This document shows positions 17,017 to 27,406 of a DNA stretch of 64,000 bases, one piece after another. The translations under genes were made by a program, and so were the position numbers. The stretch comes from a virus, in IMG/VR virus record IMGVR_UViG_3300025108_000028, positions 14,865 to 78,864 of that record; one strand, 5' to 3'. The notes under the pieces were generated by a model that was not told where the DNA came from, searched no databases, and saw only the letters and a list, made by a program, of their open reading frames with translations. How positions within the stretch are numbered: position 1 is the first letter of the stretch; each line of letters opens with the position of its first letter.

Positions 17017-17937
17017 ATGAGACTGCTAAAAAAAGGTGATACCGGCAATGATGTAAAAACTTTACAGCAAAAGTTAATGATCTCTCCTGATGGAGTATTT
17101 GGACCTGTAACTGAAAAGCATGTAATTAGATTCCAACTATCTCACAGTTTATCTGCTGATGGTATTGTAGGGTCTGATACATGGGCTATTTTATTACAAA
17201 AAGGACCACAAGTAACAGAAGATATTGATGAAGACACTGATTCTTCTAAACAATACTTTAATACTCCCTTTAATCAGATAGTGCATAAACATTATCTTCC
17301 AGATGGTGAATACTTAAAAGGACCAATCAAAAATGATTATATATTCCTACACCACACAGCAGGTAATAACAATCCTTATAGATGCATTGATCACTGGGGA
17401 AGAGATAGCAGAGGAAGAGTAGCTACTGAATTTGTATTAGGTGGGATTAACCATAGAAATGGAAATGATGATTATGATGGAGTTATGGTTCAAGCTTTTC
17501 CTGAAGGATGTCAAGGTTGGCATCTTGGAAGAACAGGTTCTGGTTATATGAACCGTCATTCTGTAGGATTAGAAATATGTAACATGGGTTACCTTGATAA
17601 TAACAAGAGAACATACGTAAAATCATTGTGCCAAAGAGAACAAGTGATAGGTTTACAAGAAGCTTTTAAAGGTAAACTATTATGGCATGCATACTCTGAG
17701 AAACAAATAAAAGAAACGGAAAAGTGGATTAAGTTTGTTGCTGAAAGAGATCAAATAGATATTAGATTAGGTTTAAAACAATATATCAAAAAGTACGGAC
17801 CTTCAAAAGGTTTTGATTTTCAGGAAGATGCGTACTATGGTAAGGTGAAAGGATTACTGACTCACGGAAATGTTAGAAGTGGTAAGTCAGATATATATCC
17901 TCACCCTGACATGGTTGATATGATAATGAGTTTATAA
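17017..17937 (+). CDS. Endolysin: peptidoglycan-binding domain + N-acetylmuramoyl-L-alanine amidase (Amidase_2-like)
   Basis: LKKGD.G.DVK.LQ..L...DG.FG..T...V..FQ..DGIVG PG-binding domain; LHHTAG, SVGLEIC, LTH...KSD. Confidence 0.88.
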   Translation: MRLLKKGDTGNDVKTLQQKLMISPDGVFGPVTEKHVIRFQLSHSLSADGIVGSDTWAILLQKGPQVTEDIDEDTDSSKQYFNTPFNQIVHKHYLPDGEYLKGPIKNDYIFLHHTAGNNNPYRCIDHWGRDSRGRVATEFVLGGINHRNGNDDYDGVMVQAFPEGCQGWHLGRTGSGYMNRHSVGLEICNMGYLDNNKRTYVKSLCQREQVIGLQEAFKGKLLWHAYSEKQIKETEKWIKFVAERDQIDIRLGLKQYIKKYGPSKGFDFQEDAYYGKVKGLLTHGNVRSGKSDIYPHPDMVDMIMSL

Positions 17938-18308
17938 TGGCGTTAGTAAATAAAGTAGATTTAAAATTGAAAGTAAGTATTAATGTATCAATAAAGTATC
18001 AAATACTTACATACTGTTTCTTTAATGATATAATAGTATCTAATTCAGATATTAAGTTTTTATGTGAACTAGCAAAGAATAAAGGCGTAGAGCTTACTAA
18101 ATTTTGCTTGGACCTAGTATCTAAAAATATATTTAAAAGCCCGCAATCAGCTAGAAATGCAATAACAAAGGCAGAGAAAAAGGGATTACTGATCAAAGAT
18201 GGTAATAATAAAAAAACAATTTCTTTAAATGAAGATATTAATGTTCAGTCAGAAGGTTTAGTATTACTTGATTATAAAATCTTAGGCAATGTATCCCAAG
18301 TCTCATAA
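17937..18308 (+). CDS. Conserved hypothetical (winged-helix-like)
   Basis: SPQSARNAITKAEKKGLLIK helix-wing pattern; precedes IHF-like gene. Confidence 0.5.
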   Translation: MALVNKVDLKLKVSINVSIKYQILTYCFFNDIIVSNSDIKFLCELAKNKGVELTKFCLDLVSKNIFKSPQSARNAITKAEKKGLLIKDGNNKKTISLNEDINVQSEGLVLLDYKILGNVSQVS

Positions 18309-18645
18309 AGATTTTAAAAAAGGTATTGCTGAAGAGGTAGGAGTACATGAGCAAGTTGTAGATGACTTTATTTCTTTTTATTACTCTAAAGTAAGGAAGT
18401 CATTATCAAATATATCATTTCCTAGAGTTTATGTGGAAGGATTAGGTACGTTTGAACTAAGAATAAAAAAGTTAGAAAATGCTATACTTAAAAACAAGAG
18501 TTTGTTGGGTAACATTGCTAAAAGAACTTATAATGGATATGCAAAAAGTGAAGATGTATCTAAAAAAATAAAGCAGATGGAAATAGCCATGGATCAAATA
18601 CAAAAAGATATTAAAGAAAAAAAGAACTTTAGAAATGAAAAGTAA
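18289..18645 (+). CDS. IHF/HU-like DNA-binding protein
   Basis: IAEEVGV....V...I and RVYVEGLGTF. Confidence 0.65.
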   Translation: MYPKSHKDFKKGIAEEVGVHEQVVDDFISFYYSKVRKSLSNISFPRVYVEGLGTFELRIKKLENAILKNKSLLGNIAKRTYNGYAKSEDVSKKIKQMEIAMDQIQKDIKEKKNFRNEK

Positions 18646-18970
18646 ATGGAGTAAATATTTAGATGTATTTAAGAATGCTGATAAGATTACAGAAGGTATT
18701 AAAAATAGTATTTTTAAAAAAGAACATGTTGAAGCAGTAGCAACTGATAGATTTCAAATATGTGTAAAGTGTTCTTTGTTTGATGCTGGAGGGGACAAAT
18801 GTATTGCACCAGGTACTCAACCATGTTGTGGAGATTGTGGATGTAGCTTAGGTTTTAAATTAAGATCTTTATCCTCAGAATGTCCTAAAGGATACTGGGA
18901 TGCATACACAACAGAAGAGCAAGAAGAAATAATAAATAAACAAATAGAAGATGAAAAACTTAATAATTAA
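18635..18970 (+). CDS. Cys-rich Zn-binding protein
   Basis: R..IC..C...CGDCGC.L..K.RSL...CP...W. Confidence 0.7.
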   Translation: MKSKWSKYLDVFKNADKITEGIKNSIFKKEHVEAVATDRFQICVKCSLFDAGGDKCIAPGTQPCCGDCGCSLGFKLRSLSSECPKGYWDAYTTEEQEEIINKQIEDEKLNN

Positions 18971-19048
18971 CTATGTATACAATGATCATGTTACTAATAT
19001 TGTTATTGGTGAACAAAATTCTTATTGGTATACAACAATAGCATAACT

Positions 19049-19861
19049 ATGGGACTAAAATTTATAGAAGAAGGACATGTGTATGAAAGCACAACTGAAG
19101 AAAAAATAAAATGGACTAGTGTCACTTCTTTGGTAGGTAAATTTAAACCTAAGTTTGATAGAGATGGTCAAGCAAAGAAATCATCTAAGAATAAAAGATC
19201 TAAGTGGTATGGTATGACCCCAAAGGAAATCATAGCAGCATGGGATGCTGAAACTGATAGAGCAATCAAACTAGGTAACTTTTATCATAACCAGAGAGAA
19301 TCTGATATGTTGGATCTAAATACAATAGGTAGAGAAGGTGTGGAAGTTCCTATCATTAAACCTATTGTAGATAATAAAGGAACTAAAATAGCACCAGAAC
19401 AAAAGGTTTCTGATGGTGTATATCCTGAACATTTAGTTTATTTAAAATCATTAGGAGTTTGTGGTCAAGCTGATTTAGTAGAAATTGTAAATGGTAAAAT
19501 AAATATTACGGATTACAAGACAAATAAAGAAATAAAAGAGAAAGGATTTACAAACTGGGAGGGTATAACAAACAAAATGTTTAGACCAGTTAATCATTTA
19601 GATGATTGTAATCTTAATCATTATAACTTACAACTCAGTATTTATGCGTATATTATTAAAAAGCACAACCCTAAACTTAAAGTAGGTAAACTTATTATTC
19701 AACATGTAAAGTTTAAGAAAGTTGGAGAGGATAAAAATGGATATCCAATAAATGAGCATGTAAATGGTGAGCCTGTATTAGAAGATATAAAAATTTATGA
19801 ACTCCCATATTTAAAAGATGAAGTAACATCTTTGATGATGTGGTTAAAAGATAACCAATAA
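19049..19861 (+). CDS. PD-(D/E)XK nuclease
   Basis: F.EE.H.Y, SVT, GQADL, I.DYKT, Y.LQLS.Y; likely start ATG 19049. Confidence 0.85.
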   Translation: MGLKFIEEGHVYESTTEEKIKWTSVTSLVGKFKPKFDRDGQAKKSSKNKRSKWYGMTPKEIIAAWDAETDRAIKLGNFYHNQRESDMLDLNTIGREGVEVPIIKPIVDNKGTKIAPEQKVSDGVYPEHLVYLKSLGVCGQADLVEIVNGKINITDYKTNKEIKEKGFTNWEGITNKMFRPVNHLDDCNLNHYNLQLSIYAYIIKKHNPKLKVGKLIIQHVKFKKVGEDKNGYPINEHVNGEPVLEDIKIYELPYLKDEVTSLMMWLKDNQ

Positions 19862-20115
19862 TGAAAGAATATATAGCAGCAGTAGAAGTGCAATCCAGAA
19901 AATCAAAAGTACCTACAGATTTTAGATTTGAAGAAACAAAAATACGTATTGATCTTGATAAAATAGTATGGTTTAAAGAGTACTTTCACGTAGCAACAAA
20001 TAAGTTTCAAAACTCACACACTGAAGTATTATTATTTGGTCAAAGTAAACCAATAATTTTAGTCATTGGTTACAATAAATTATGGGAAGATATAATTAAA
20101 TCTAAAGAAGTATGA
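19861..20115 (+). CDS. Hypothetical protein
   Basis: 84 aa, coupled on both sides. Confidence 0.6.
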   Translation: MKEYIAAVEVQSRKSKVPTDFRFEETKIRIDLDKIVWFKEYFHVATNKFQNSHTEVLLFGQSKPIILVIGYNKLWEDIIKSKEV

Positions 20116-20630
20116 TAGTAAAATTATTTGATATACAAAATAGCAAGTTAGTTGTAACAGAGCATTGTTATGCACTTCCGTTTCTTAAAAATATTATGGA
20201 TGAGTATCCTGATAGTTATATTAAAGTATATCAGTATATATTCTATTTAAGTTGTCCTGATCCAGATCTTAATCCATTTTTTAATTTACCTGAACATGAA
20301 AAGGAAGATATCATTATAGATGAGATTGAACTAGAAGAATCTCCAGAAGATGGTAAGATAAGGTATGCGTTAGACATGTGTAAAAAGCTATATGAAACTC
20401 CTACATACAGAGCTTACGTGGGTATTAAGGCTATGTTAGACAGACTTGCACGTTATATGGAGGTTACCCCTATAGAACATGGTAGAGATGGTAATATGAA
20501 CTCTATGATTAATGCAGCAGCTAAATTTGAGAATATAAGACAATCCTATAAAGGAGCATATACTGATATGAAACAAGAACAGGAAAGCTCAGTAAGAGGA
20601 GGTGCGGGTCTTGCTTATGATCAACTCTAA
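20112..20630 (+). CDS. Conserved protein, terminase small-subunit candidate
   Basis: Helical, ends with VRGG motif, lies upstream of terminase. Confidence 0.45.
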   Translation: MIVKLFDIQNSKLVVTEHCYALPFLKNIMDEYPDSYIKVYQYIFYLSCPDPDLNPFFNLPEHEKEDIIIDEIELEESPEDGKIRYALDMCKKLYETPTYRAYVGIKAMLDRLARYMEVTPIEHGRDGNMNSMINAAAKFENIRQSYKGAYTDMKQEQESSVRGGAGLAYDQL

Positions 20631-20695
20631 AAAAGAAACCCAATACATTTTTTGTTATTGGGATGAACCAATTAATAATCAAATAAAAATCAAAG

Positions 20696-20974
20696 ATGAA
20701 AAAACAAGTAGTAATTCCAGTAGGCAAAAGGTTACTGATAAAAAGAAAAGCAGCAGAAACAAAAACAGCTTCGGGTCTAATCATACCTGAAATAGCACAA
20801 AAGAAAGAGTTTAAAGGAACTGTTGTTGGTGTAGGTGCTGATGTTGCAGAAATTAAAATAGGTGATGAGGTGCAATATGCTGATCACGCTATGCCAACTC
20901 CAATGGAACATGATGGTAAAGAACATTTATTATTGCAATCTGGTGATGTGTTTGCAATTATAAGATATGAGTAG
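20696..20974 (+). CDS. groES: Co-chaperonin GroES
   Basis: P.GKRLLI...ETKTASGLIIP..A...GTVVGVG...IKIGD.V.Y...LLL...DVFAI. Confidence 0.9.
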   Translation: MKKQVVIPVGKRLLIKRKAAETKTASGLIIPEIAQKKEFKGTVVGVGADVAEIKIGDEVQYADHAMPTPMEHDGKEHLLLQSGDVFAIIRYE

Positions 20975-23159
20975 ATCTATACCTACATATGATTCAGGTA
21001 ACTGGTCTATAACAGAGTTTGAAAATGATTCTGATTTTCAGGAATACATATACTCTTTATTCAAAGAGCCAGGTGAATATGACTTTGATGAAACAAGTTA
21101 TATATTCAATGAAGAGGCTAAAAGATTTAATAAAGAAGGTTTATATTGTAGTTCTCCTTTTAGATCAAAAGACTTTATGTCTTATTGGGATGATCAGAAG
21201 AACAAATGTAGGGAGGGTGTAATTTACAAGAATAAAGATAAGACTTGGTATTTAACTAGGGATTATTATATGTGGTTGAATTTTCTACCAATATTTGATA
21301 AAGAAGAAAAAAAATATGGTTTTGCTAAAGTTAGAGATGCACAATATCATATGGCTTTATATGAACTATTAGCAGAGCTAAACAATCAACATTCAGCAAT
21401 ATTAAAAAAACGTCAGATTGCTTCTTCTTATTTCCATATGGGTAAGATAATTAATACCTATTGGTTTGAAGAAGGTAGTACGTGTAAAATTGGAGCATCA
21501 TTAAAAGATTATATTAATGATAAAGGTTCCTGGAAATTCCTAGAAGAATACAAAACCTTCTTAAACGAACATACAGCTTGGTATAGACCTAGTAATCCTG
21601 AAAAGGTTTTACTATGGCAACAGCAGATAGAAGTTAAGGTAGGAAACAGAAAAACTTCACGTGGTTTAAAATCTAAAATACAAGGGGCATCATTTGAGAA
21701 AAATGCAACAACTGGTGTAGGTGGACCATGTTCATACTTCTTTCATGAAGAGGCAGGTATAGCACCAAAAATGATGCAAACTTATGAGTACCTACGTCCT
21801 GCAATGTCTTCAGGTATGGTTACTACAGGAATGTTTATTGCAGCAGGATCAGTTGGTGATTTGGAACAATGTAATCCCTTGAAGGATATGATACTCAATC
21901 CAAGTGCTAATGATATATATGCTGTAGAGACTAACCTTATGGATGCAGAGGGTACAATAGGTATGGCTGGTTTGTTTATACCAGAGCAATGGTCTATGCC
22001 TCCATACATTGATTCTTATGGAAACTCAGAAATAGAGGAAGCAATTATAGCTATAGACAATGAAAGAGCAAGATGGAAGTCTGAATTAGGACCTGAACAG
22101 TTTCAATTAAGAATATCTCAGAAACCAAAAAATATAGCTGAAGCTTTTGCATATAGAAAAGCATCAGTTTTTCCACAAGGTATATTGTCAAAACAATTAA
22201 AAAAGATTGAAGAGAAAGAATATTCCTATGAACTATTAGATCTTGAAAAAGAACAAGATGGTATTGTAGCAAAACGTACAACTAAATTACCTATATCTGA
22301 GTTTCCAGTTAATAAAAAACAAACAGATAAAACTGGATCTATAGTTGTGTGGGAAAGACCTGCTAAGAAAAAACCAGACTTTGGAGCATATTATGCTTCT
22401 ATTGATCCCGTGTCAGAAGGTAAAACAACAACTTCTGATTCTTTATGTAGTATATATGTTTACAAAAATGCTACTGAAGTTACTAGAACAACTGTTTCTG
22501 GAGATATAGAACAGTTTATAGAAAAAGATAAAATTGTTGCAGCATGGTGTGGAAGATTTGATGATATAAATAAAACGCATCAAAGGCTAGAATTAATTAT
22601 AGAATGGTATAATGCATGGACTATTGTTGAGAACAATATATCATTGTTTATTCAACATATGATTGCTAGAAAAAAACAAAGATATCTTGTACCTAAACAA
22701 CAAATACTTTTCTTAAAAGATCTTGGATCTAATAGAACAGTTTATCAAGAGTATGGATGGAAGAATACAGGTACTTTATTTAAAAGTCATTTAATATCAT
22801 ATGCAATTGAATTTATAAGAGAAGTCATAGATGAAGAATTAGATGATGATGGTGGTGTGATGAATCAAACATTGGGTGTAGAAAGAATACCAGATCCTAT
22901 GCTAATTAAAGAAATGTCTGCGTATTATCCTGGACTTAACGTGGATAGATTAGTTACGTTTGGTGCACTTGTTGCTTTTGCCAAAATACAACAATCAAAT
23001 AGAGGTTATAGTAAAAGACGTGAATCAGAAGGAGAATCTTTGGTAAATTCAGAAAAAATAAGTAAATTAAAGTATACCAGTGCGTTTAAAAATATAGGTC
23101 GTAGGAGATCTGGCTTAGGTGGTAATAGAAGACGCTCAGGTTTTAAGAATATTAAATAG
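20967..23159 (+). CDS. terL: Terminase large subunit
   Basis: LKKRQIASSY (Walker A variant), FHEEAG (Walker B), ASIDP nuclease motif, IVENN, NVDR. Confidence 0.92.
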   Translation: MSRSIPTYDSGNWSITEFENDSDFQEYIYSLFKEPGEYDFDETSYIFNEEAKRFNKEGLYCSSPFRSKDFMSYWDDQKNKCREGVIYKNKDKTWYLTRDYYMWLNFLPIFDKEEKKYGFAKVRDAQYHMALYELLAELNNQHSAILKKRQIASSYFHMGKIINTYWFEEGSTCKIGASLKDYINDKGSWKFLEEYKTFLNEHTAWYRPSNPEKVLLWQQQIEVKVGNRKTSRGLKSKIQGASFEKNATTGVGGPCSYFFHEEAGIAPKMMQTYEYLRPAMSSGMVTTGMFIAAGSVGDLEQCNPLKDMILNPSANDIYAVETNLMDAEGTIGMAGLFIPEQWSMPPYIDSYGNSEIEEAIIAIDNERARWKSELGPEQFQLRISQKPKNIAEAFAYRKASVFPQGILSKQLKKIEEKEYSYELLDLEKEQDGIVAKRTTKLPISEFPVNKKQTDKTGSIVVWERPAKKKPDFGAYYASIDPVSEGKTTTSDSLCSIYVYKNATEVTRTTVSGDIEQFIEKDKIVAAWCGRFDDINKTHQRLELIIEWYNAWTIVENNISLFIQHMIARKKQRYLVPKQQILFLKDLGSNRTVYQEYGWKNTGTLFKSHLISYAIEFIREVIDEELDDDGGVMNQTLGVERIPDPMLIKEMSAYYPGLNVDRLVTFGALVAFAKIQQSNRGYSKRRESEGESLVNSEKISKLKYTSAFKNIGRRRSGLGGNRRRSGFKNIK

Positions 23160-23166
23160 AATCTAG

Positions 23167-25926
23167 ATGAGAGTATTAAATGCAATGCAACTTAAGAACG
23201 GTGCTAAGGCGGAAAGTGGACCAACATTTTCTAGTTTAACGCAACCTACACAGTTTTTAACATATAAAAAGAAAACTGATGATTGGGCTGCATGGAATCT
23301 AGATTGGCTTGAATTGCAGGGTATAGAATTTTTACGTATCAATTCTAGACGCTTACTTAAAAACTATAAGCTTGCTAAAGGTATTATTGATAAAACAGAT
23401 TATATTGTAGAGCCAGATAATGACTACAAAGATATGATGGATGTTTTAACTGCTGAGAATGAATCAGCATTGGAATTAAAGTTTTATCCAATTGTACCTA
23501 ATGTAATAAACGTTCTTACAGGTGAGTTTGCTAAAAGATATTCTAAAGTACAATTTAGAGCTGTTGATGATACATCTTATAATGAGATGCTTGAGCAAAA
23601 AAGAGTTCAAATAGAAGAAACACTACTTGCTGAAGCAGAAACTAATCTAGTTTTAAAGATGGTAGAAATGGGCATGGACCCAAGTTCTAAAGAAGCACAG
23701 CAACAACTTAATCCTGAAACATTAAAAACTTTACCGGAGATAGAAGACTTTTTTAGTAAGTCATATAGAAGTATGGTTGAAGAATGGGCATCTCATCAAT
23801 TAAATGTAGATGAGGAGAGATTTAAAATGCAGGAGTTAGAAGAAAGAGGCTTTAGAGATATGCTAATTTCTGATAGAGAGTTTTGGCATTTCCGTATGTT
23901 AGAGGATGATTATGATGTTGAGTTATGGAATCCTGTATTAACATTTTATCAAAAATCACCTGATCAAAGATATATATCAGATTCAAATTACGTAGGTAAA
24001 ATAGATTTGATGACTGTATCTGATGTTGTTGATAAGTATGGATACTTGATGGATGAAAAACAATTAAAGTCTTTGCAAAAGATTTATCCTGCTAGATCAG
24101 CACAATATCAAGTTAATGGATATCAAAATGATGGATCATATTATGATGCTACAAGATCCCATGAGTGGAATACTCAAATGCCTGGATTATCATACAGACA
24201 ATACACTAGCAATTATTGGAATGACCCAGCAACTGGTGGTGATATTATAAGTGAAATATTAGATCAGAGTGAAGACATGACTCCATTGGATGAAGGAAAC
24301 CTGATGAGAGTATCAACTATATATTGGAAGACTCAAAGAAGAATAGGTCACTTAACCAAAATAGAATTAGATGGTTCTGTTACTCAAGAGATAATAGATG
24401 AGACATTTAAGATAACTGAGAAAGCTGTATATGATACATCTATATTCAAAAATAAAACTAAAGAAAACCTTTTACAAGGAGAGCATATAGAATGGATATG
24501 GATTAATGAAGTATGGGGTGGTGTTAAAATAGGACCAAATTTACCAGCAATGTGGAGATCAACAATGGGTGATAACATAAACCCTATTTACGTTGGTATT
24601 AATAGAACTAAACCTGGAAGAATACCTTTTCAATTTAAAGGAAACAATACATTATATGGTTGCAAACTCCCTGTAGAGGGTAGAGTTTTTTCAGACAGAA
24701 ATACAAAATCTACATCATTAGTAGATTTAATGAAAGCGTATCAAGTTGGATATAATATGGTTAATAACCAAATTGCTGACATTCTAATAGATGAATTAGG
24801 AACAGTAATAATGTTTGATCAGAATGCTTTACCACGTCACTCTATGGGTGAAGACTGGGGCAAGAACAATTATGCAAAAGCATATGTAGCAATGAAAGAT
24901 TTCCAAATGCTACCTCTTGATACATCTATTACTAATACTGAGAATGCAACTAACTTTAATCACTATCAAACTCTAAACATGGAGCAGACTAGTAGATTAA
25001 TGTCTAGAATTCAACTTGCAAATTATTTTAAACAACAATGTTTTGATGCAATAGGAATTAACCCACAGCGTCTAGGAGGTGCTGTATCAGCACAAACAGC
25101 AACAGGTGTAGTTCAGGCTATGCAACAATCATATGCACAAACAGAAATGTACTTTGTACAACACTCAGATCAGTTAATGCCAAGAGTACATCAAATGAGA
25201 ACTGACTTAGCTCAGTATTATCAAAGCACAAATCCAAGTGTAAGATTAAGTTATATTTCATCAGAAGCAGAGAAAGTTAACTTTTCAATAAATGGAACTG
25301 ATTTATTGCTGAGAGACTTTAATATTTTTGCTACAACTAAAACAAATCATAGAGCTATCTTAGAAAGTCTTAAACAGATGGCACTACAAAATAATACTAC
25401 AGGCGCAAGCATTTATGAATTAGGTAATATTGTTAAAGCTGACTCAATAGCTGAAGTAACAGATATCTTAAAAGATTCACAAGAGCGTGTTGAAAAACAA
25501 AGAATGCAAGAAATGCAACAGCAGCAAGAAATGCAACAGCAACAAATCCAAGCTAAACAACAAGAAGATCAAATGAAACTTCAAGTTGAAATGGAAGAAA
25601 ATGATAAAGACAGAAAGAATGACGTTTTATTAGCAGAAATAAGATCTGCAGGTTATGGATCAATGGTTGATATAAATGAAAACAAAAAATCTGATTATCA
25701 AGATGCTATGAAAGATATCAGAGAATCACAGAAGTATCAAGATCAAATGAATCTTAAGCGTGAAGAAAATGTTGCTAAATCAGGAATGGAAAAAAATAGA
25801 TTGCAAGTTGAAAGAGAAAAAATTGCTGCTCAAAAAAGTATAGCACAGACTAAACTTGATATAGCTAAAGAGAATAAAAACAAATATGACGTATCTTCTA
25901 CTAAAGAAAAGAAAGATAAAAAATAA
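23167..25926 (+). CDS. Portal protein
   Basis: 919 aa directly after terL; YPI..NVI.VL.GE, GINPQRLG, Q-rich C-terminal coiled coil as in crAss-like portals. Confidence 0.88.
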   Translation: MRVLNAMQLKNGAKAESGPTFSSLTQPTQFLTYKKKTDDWAAWNLDWLELQGIEFLRINSRRLLKNYKLAKGIIDKTDYIVEPDNDYKDMMDVLTAENESALELKFYPIVPNVINVLTGEFAKRYSKVQFRAVDDTSYNEMLEQKRVQIEETLLAEAETNLVLKMVEMGMDPSSKEAQQQLNPETLKTLPEIEDFFSKSYRSMVEEWASHQLNVDEERFKMQELEERGFRDMLISDREFWHFRMLEDDYDVELWNPVLTFYQKSPDQRYISDSNYVGKIDLMTVSDVVDKYGYLMDEKQLKSLQKIYPARSAQYQVNGYQNDGSYYDATRSHEWNTQMPGLSYRQYTSNYWNDPATGGDIISEILDQSEDMTPLDEGNLMRVSTIYWKTQRRIGHLTKIELDGSVTQEIIDETFKITEKAVYDTSIFKNKTKENLLQGEHIEWIWINEVWGGVKIGPNLPAMWRSTMGDNINPIYVGINRTKPGRIPFQFKGNNTLYGCKLPVEGRVFSDRNTKSTSLVDLMKAYQVGYNMVNNQIADILIDELGTVIMFDQNALPRHSMGEDWGKNNYAKAYVAMKDFQMLPLDTSITNTENATNFNHYQTLNMEQTSRLMSRIQLANYFKQQCFDAIGINPQRLGGAVSAQTATGVVQAMQQSYAQTEMYFVQHSDQLMPRVHQMRTDLAQYYQSTNPSVRLSYISSEAEKVNFSINGTDLLLRDFNIFATTKTNHRAILESLKQMALQNNTTGASIYELGNIVKADSIAEVTDILKDSQERVEKQRMQEMQQQQEMQQQQIQAKQQEDQMKLQVEMEENDKDRKNDVLLAEIRSAGYGSMVDINENKKSDYQDAMKDIRESQKYQDQMNLKREENVAKSGMEKNRLQVEREKIAAQKSIAQTKLDIAKENKNKYDVSSTKEKKDKK

Positions 25927-26044
25927 GTGTTAGCTATATACTGCAAAAAACTTTTCAAATTTTCAAATATTATAAGTTTATTATAAAAGTTTATTCTTAT
26001 ATTATATATGTATAGAAAGTTTAATATTAAAACCAACAAATATT

Positions 26045-27355
26045 ATGAGTACTGAAACAACAACAGAAAGTAAAACTGTGAATAGTAAAGTAGAGCAAGT
26101 AGACATAAACTTAGATGAAATTTTTGCAGCAGCCCCAGGTGCAGCAGAAGTAACTTTACCTGAAGAGAAACCTGCAAAAAGCATTTTTTCAAGAGGAGAG
26201 AAAGCTGACATGTCATTTGCTGATCCAGATGTTACAGATACAGATGACTTAAATGCTAAAGTAGAAGAAAAAGCAGAAGTAGAAAATACTACTGTTAATG
26301 AAGATGAAACTAAATCTACTGAAGATGTTAAAGAAGAAGTAAACATTGATGAGGTTATTAATTCAATAGATGAGATAACTGAAGAAGATGAAAAGAAAGA
26401 AACTAGAGGTAGAAAAAAGATCTCAGGAATTACAGATGTATTTTCAAAGCTTATTAAGGATGATAAAATAGTTCCTTTTGATGATGATAAAGAATTAGAA
26501 GATTATACCGCAAAAGACTGGGAAGAATTAATTCAAGCAAACCTTGAAGAAAAGGCTAATCAAGTTAGGAGAGAAACTCCAAAACAATTTTTTGATAGTC
26601 TGCCACAAGAATTACAAATAGCAGCACGCTATGTAGCAGATGGTGGTCAAGATATGAAAGGTTTATTTGCAACTTTAGCTAGTGTTGAAGAAAACAGACA
26701 GCTAAATACTAAAAGTGAAAAAGACCAAGAAAAAATTATTACTGAATACTTATCTGCAACTGGGTATGGTAACTCAGAAGAGATTGCTGAAGAAATTGAA
26801 ATTTGGAAAGATTTAGGTAAGCTTGAATCACAAGCTAATAAGTTCAAGCCTAAGTTAGACAAAATGCAAGAAAAGATTGTAGCAAGAAAACTTCAAGAAC
26901 AACAACTGAAGAAAAAGCAACAAGAGCAAGCATCTCAACAATACATGAAAAATGTATATGAAACATTAAAATCAGGTAGTATAGGAGAAATTAAATTAGA
27001 TAAGAAAACACAAGCCATGATATATAATGGTTTAGTACAACCTTCTTATCCTTCTGTTAGTGGTAAGAATACTAACTTACTTGGACATTTATTAGAAAAA
27101 TATCAATTTGTTGAGCCAAACTATGGTTTAATATCTGAGGCATTATGGTTATTGCAAGATCCAGATGGATACAAAGCAAAGATTATGGATAAAGGTGCTC
27201 AGAAAACTATAGAAAAAACGGTAAGAAAACTTAAGACTGAACAATCTAATGCTGGTGGGTCTACATCTTTAGGAGTTAAAGATAAAGAACCAACCGCTCA
27301 GAGAACAGCTAAAAGAAAAATACCAAGAGCTAACAACATATTTAAACGAATTTAA
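26045..27355 (+). CDS. Scaffold-like acidic protein
   Basis: Acidic N-terminus, helical, located between portal and capsid genes. Confidence 0.65.
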   Translation: MSTETTTESKTVNSKVEQVDINLDEIFAAAPGAAEVTLPEEKPAKSIFSRGEKADMSFADPDVTDTDDLNAKVEEKAEVENTTVNEDETKSTEDVKEEVNIDEVINSIDEITEEDEKKETRGRKKISGITDVFSKLIKDDKIVPFDDDKELEDYTAKDWEELIQANLEEKANQVRRETPKQFFDSLPQELQIAARYVADGGQDMKGLFATLASVEENRQLNTKSEKDQEKIITEYLSATGYGNSEEIAEEIEIWKDLGKLESQANKFKPKLDKMQEKIVARKLQEQQLKKKQQEQASQQYMKNVYETLKSGSIGEIKLDKKTQAMIYNGLVQPSYPSVSGKNTNLLGHLLEKYQFVEPNYGLISEALWLLQDPDGYKAKIMDKGAQKTIEKTVRKLKTEQSNAGGSTSLGVKDKEPTAQRTAKRKIPRANNIFKRI

Positions 27356-27406
27356 TTAAGTAAATTAAATATAAACAATAATTATTAATCAAAAACAATC
27401 AAAATT

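Noticed and set aside
20602-20790. 62-aa ORF overlapping groES, and 31-aa ORF 18951-19046
   Set aside because: Could be real micro-genes, but evidence is insufficient without homolog data
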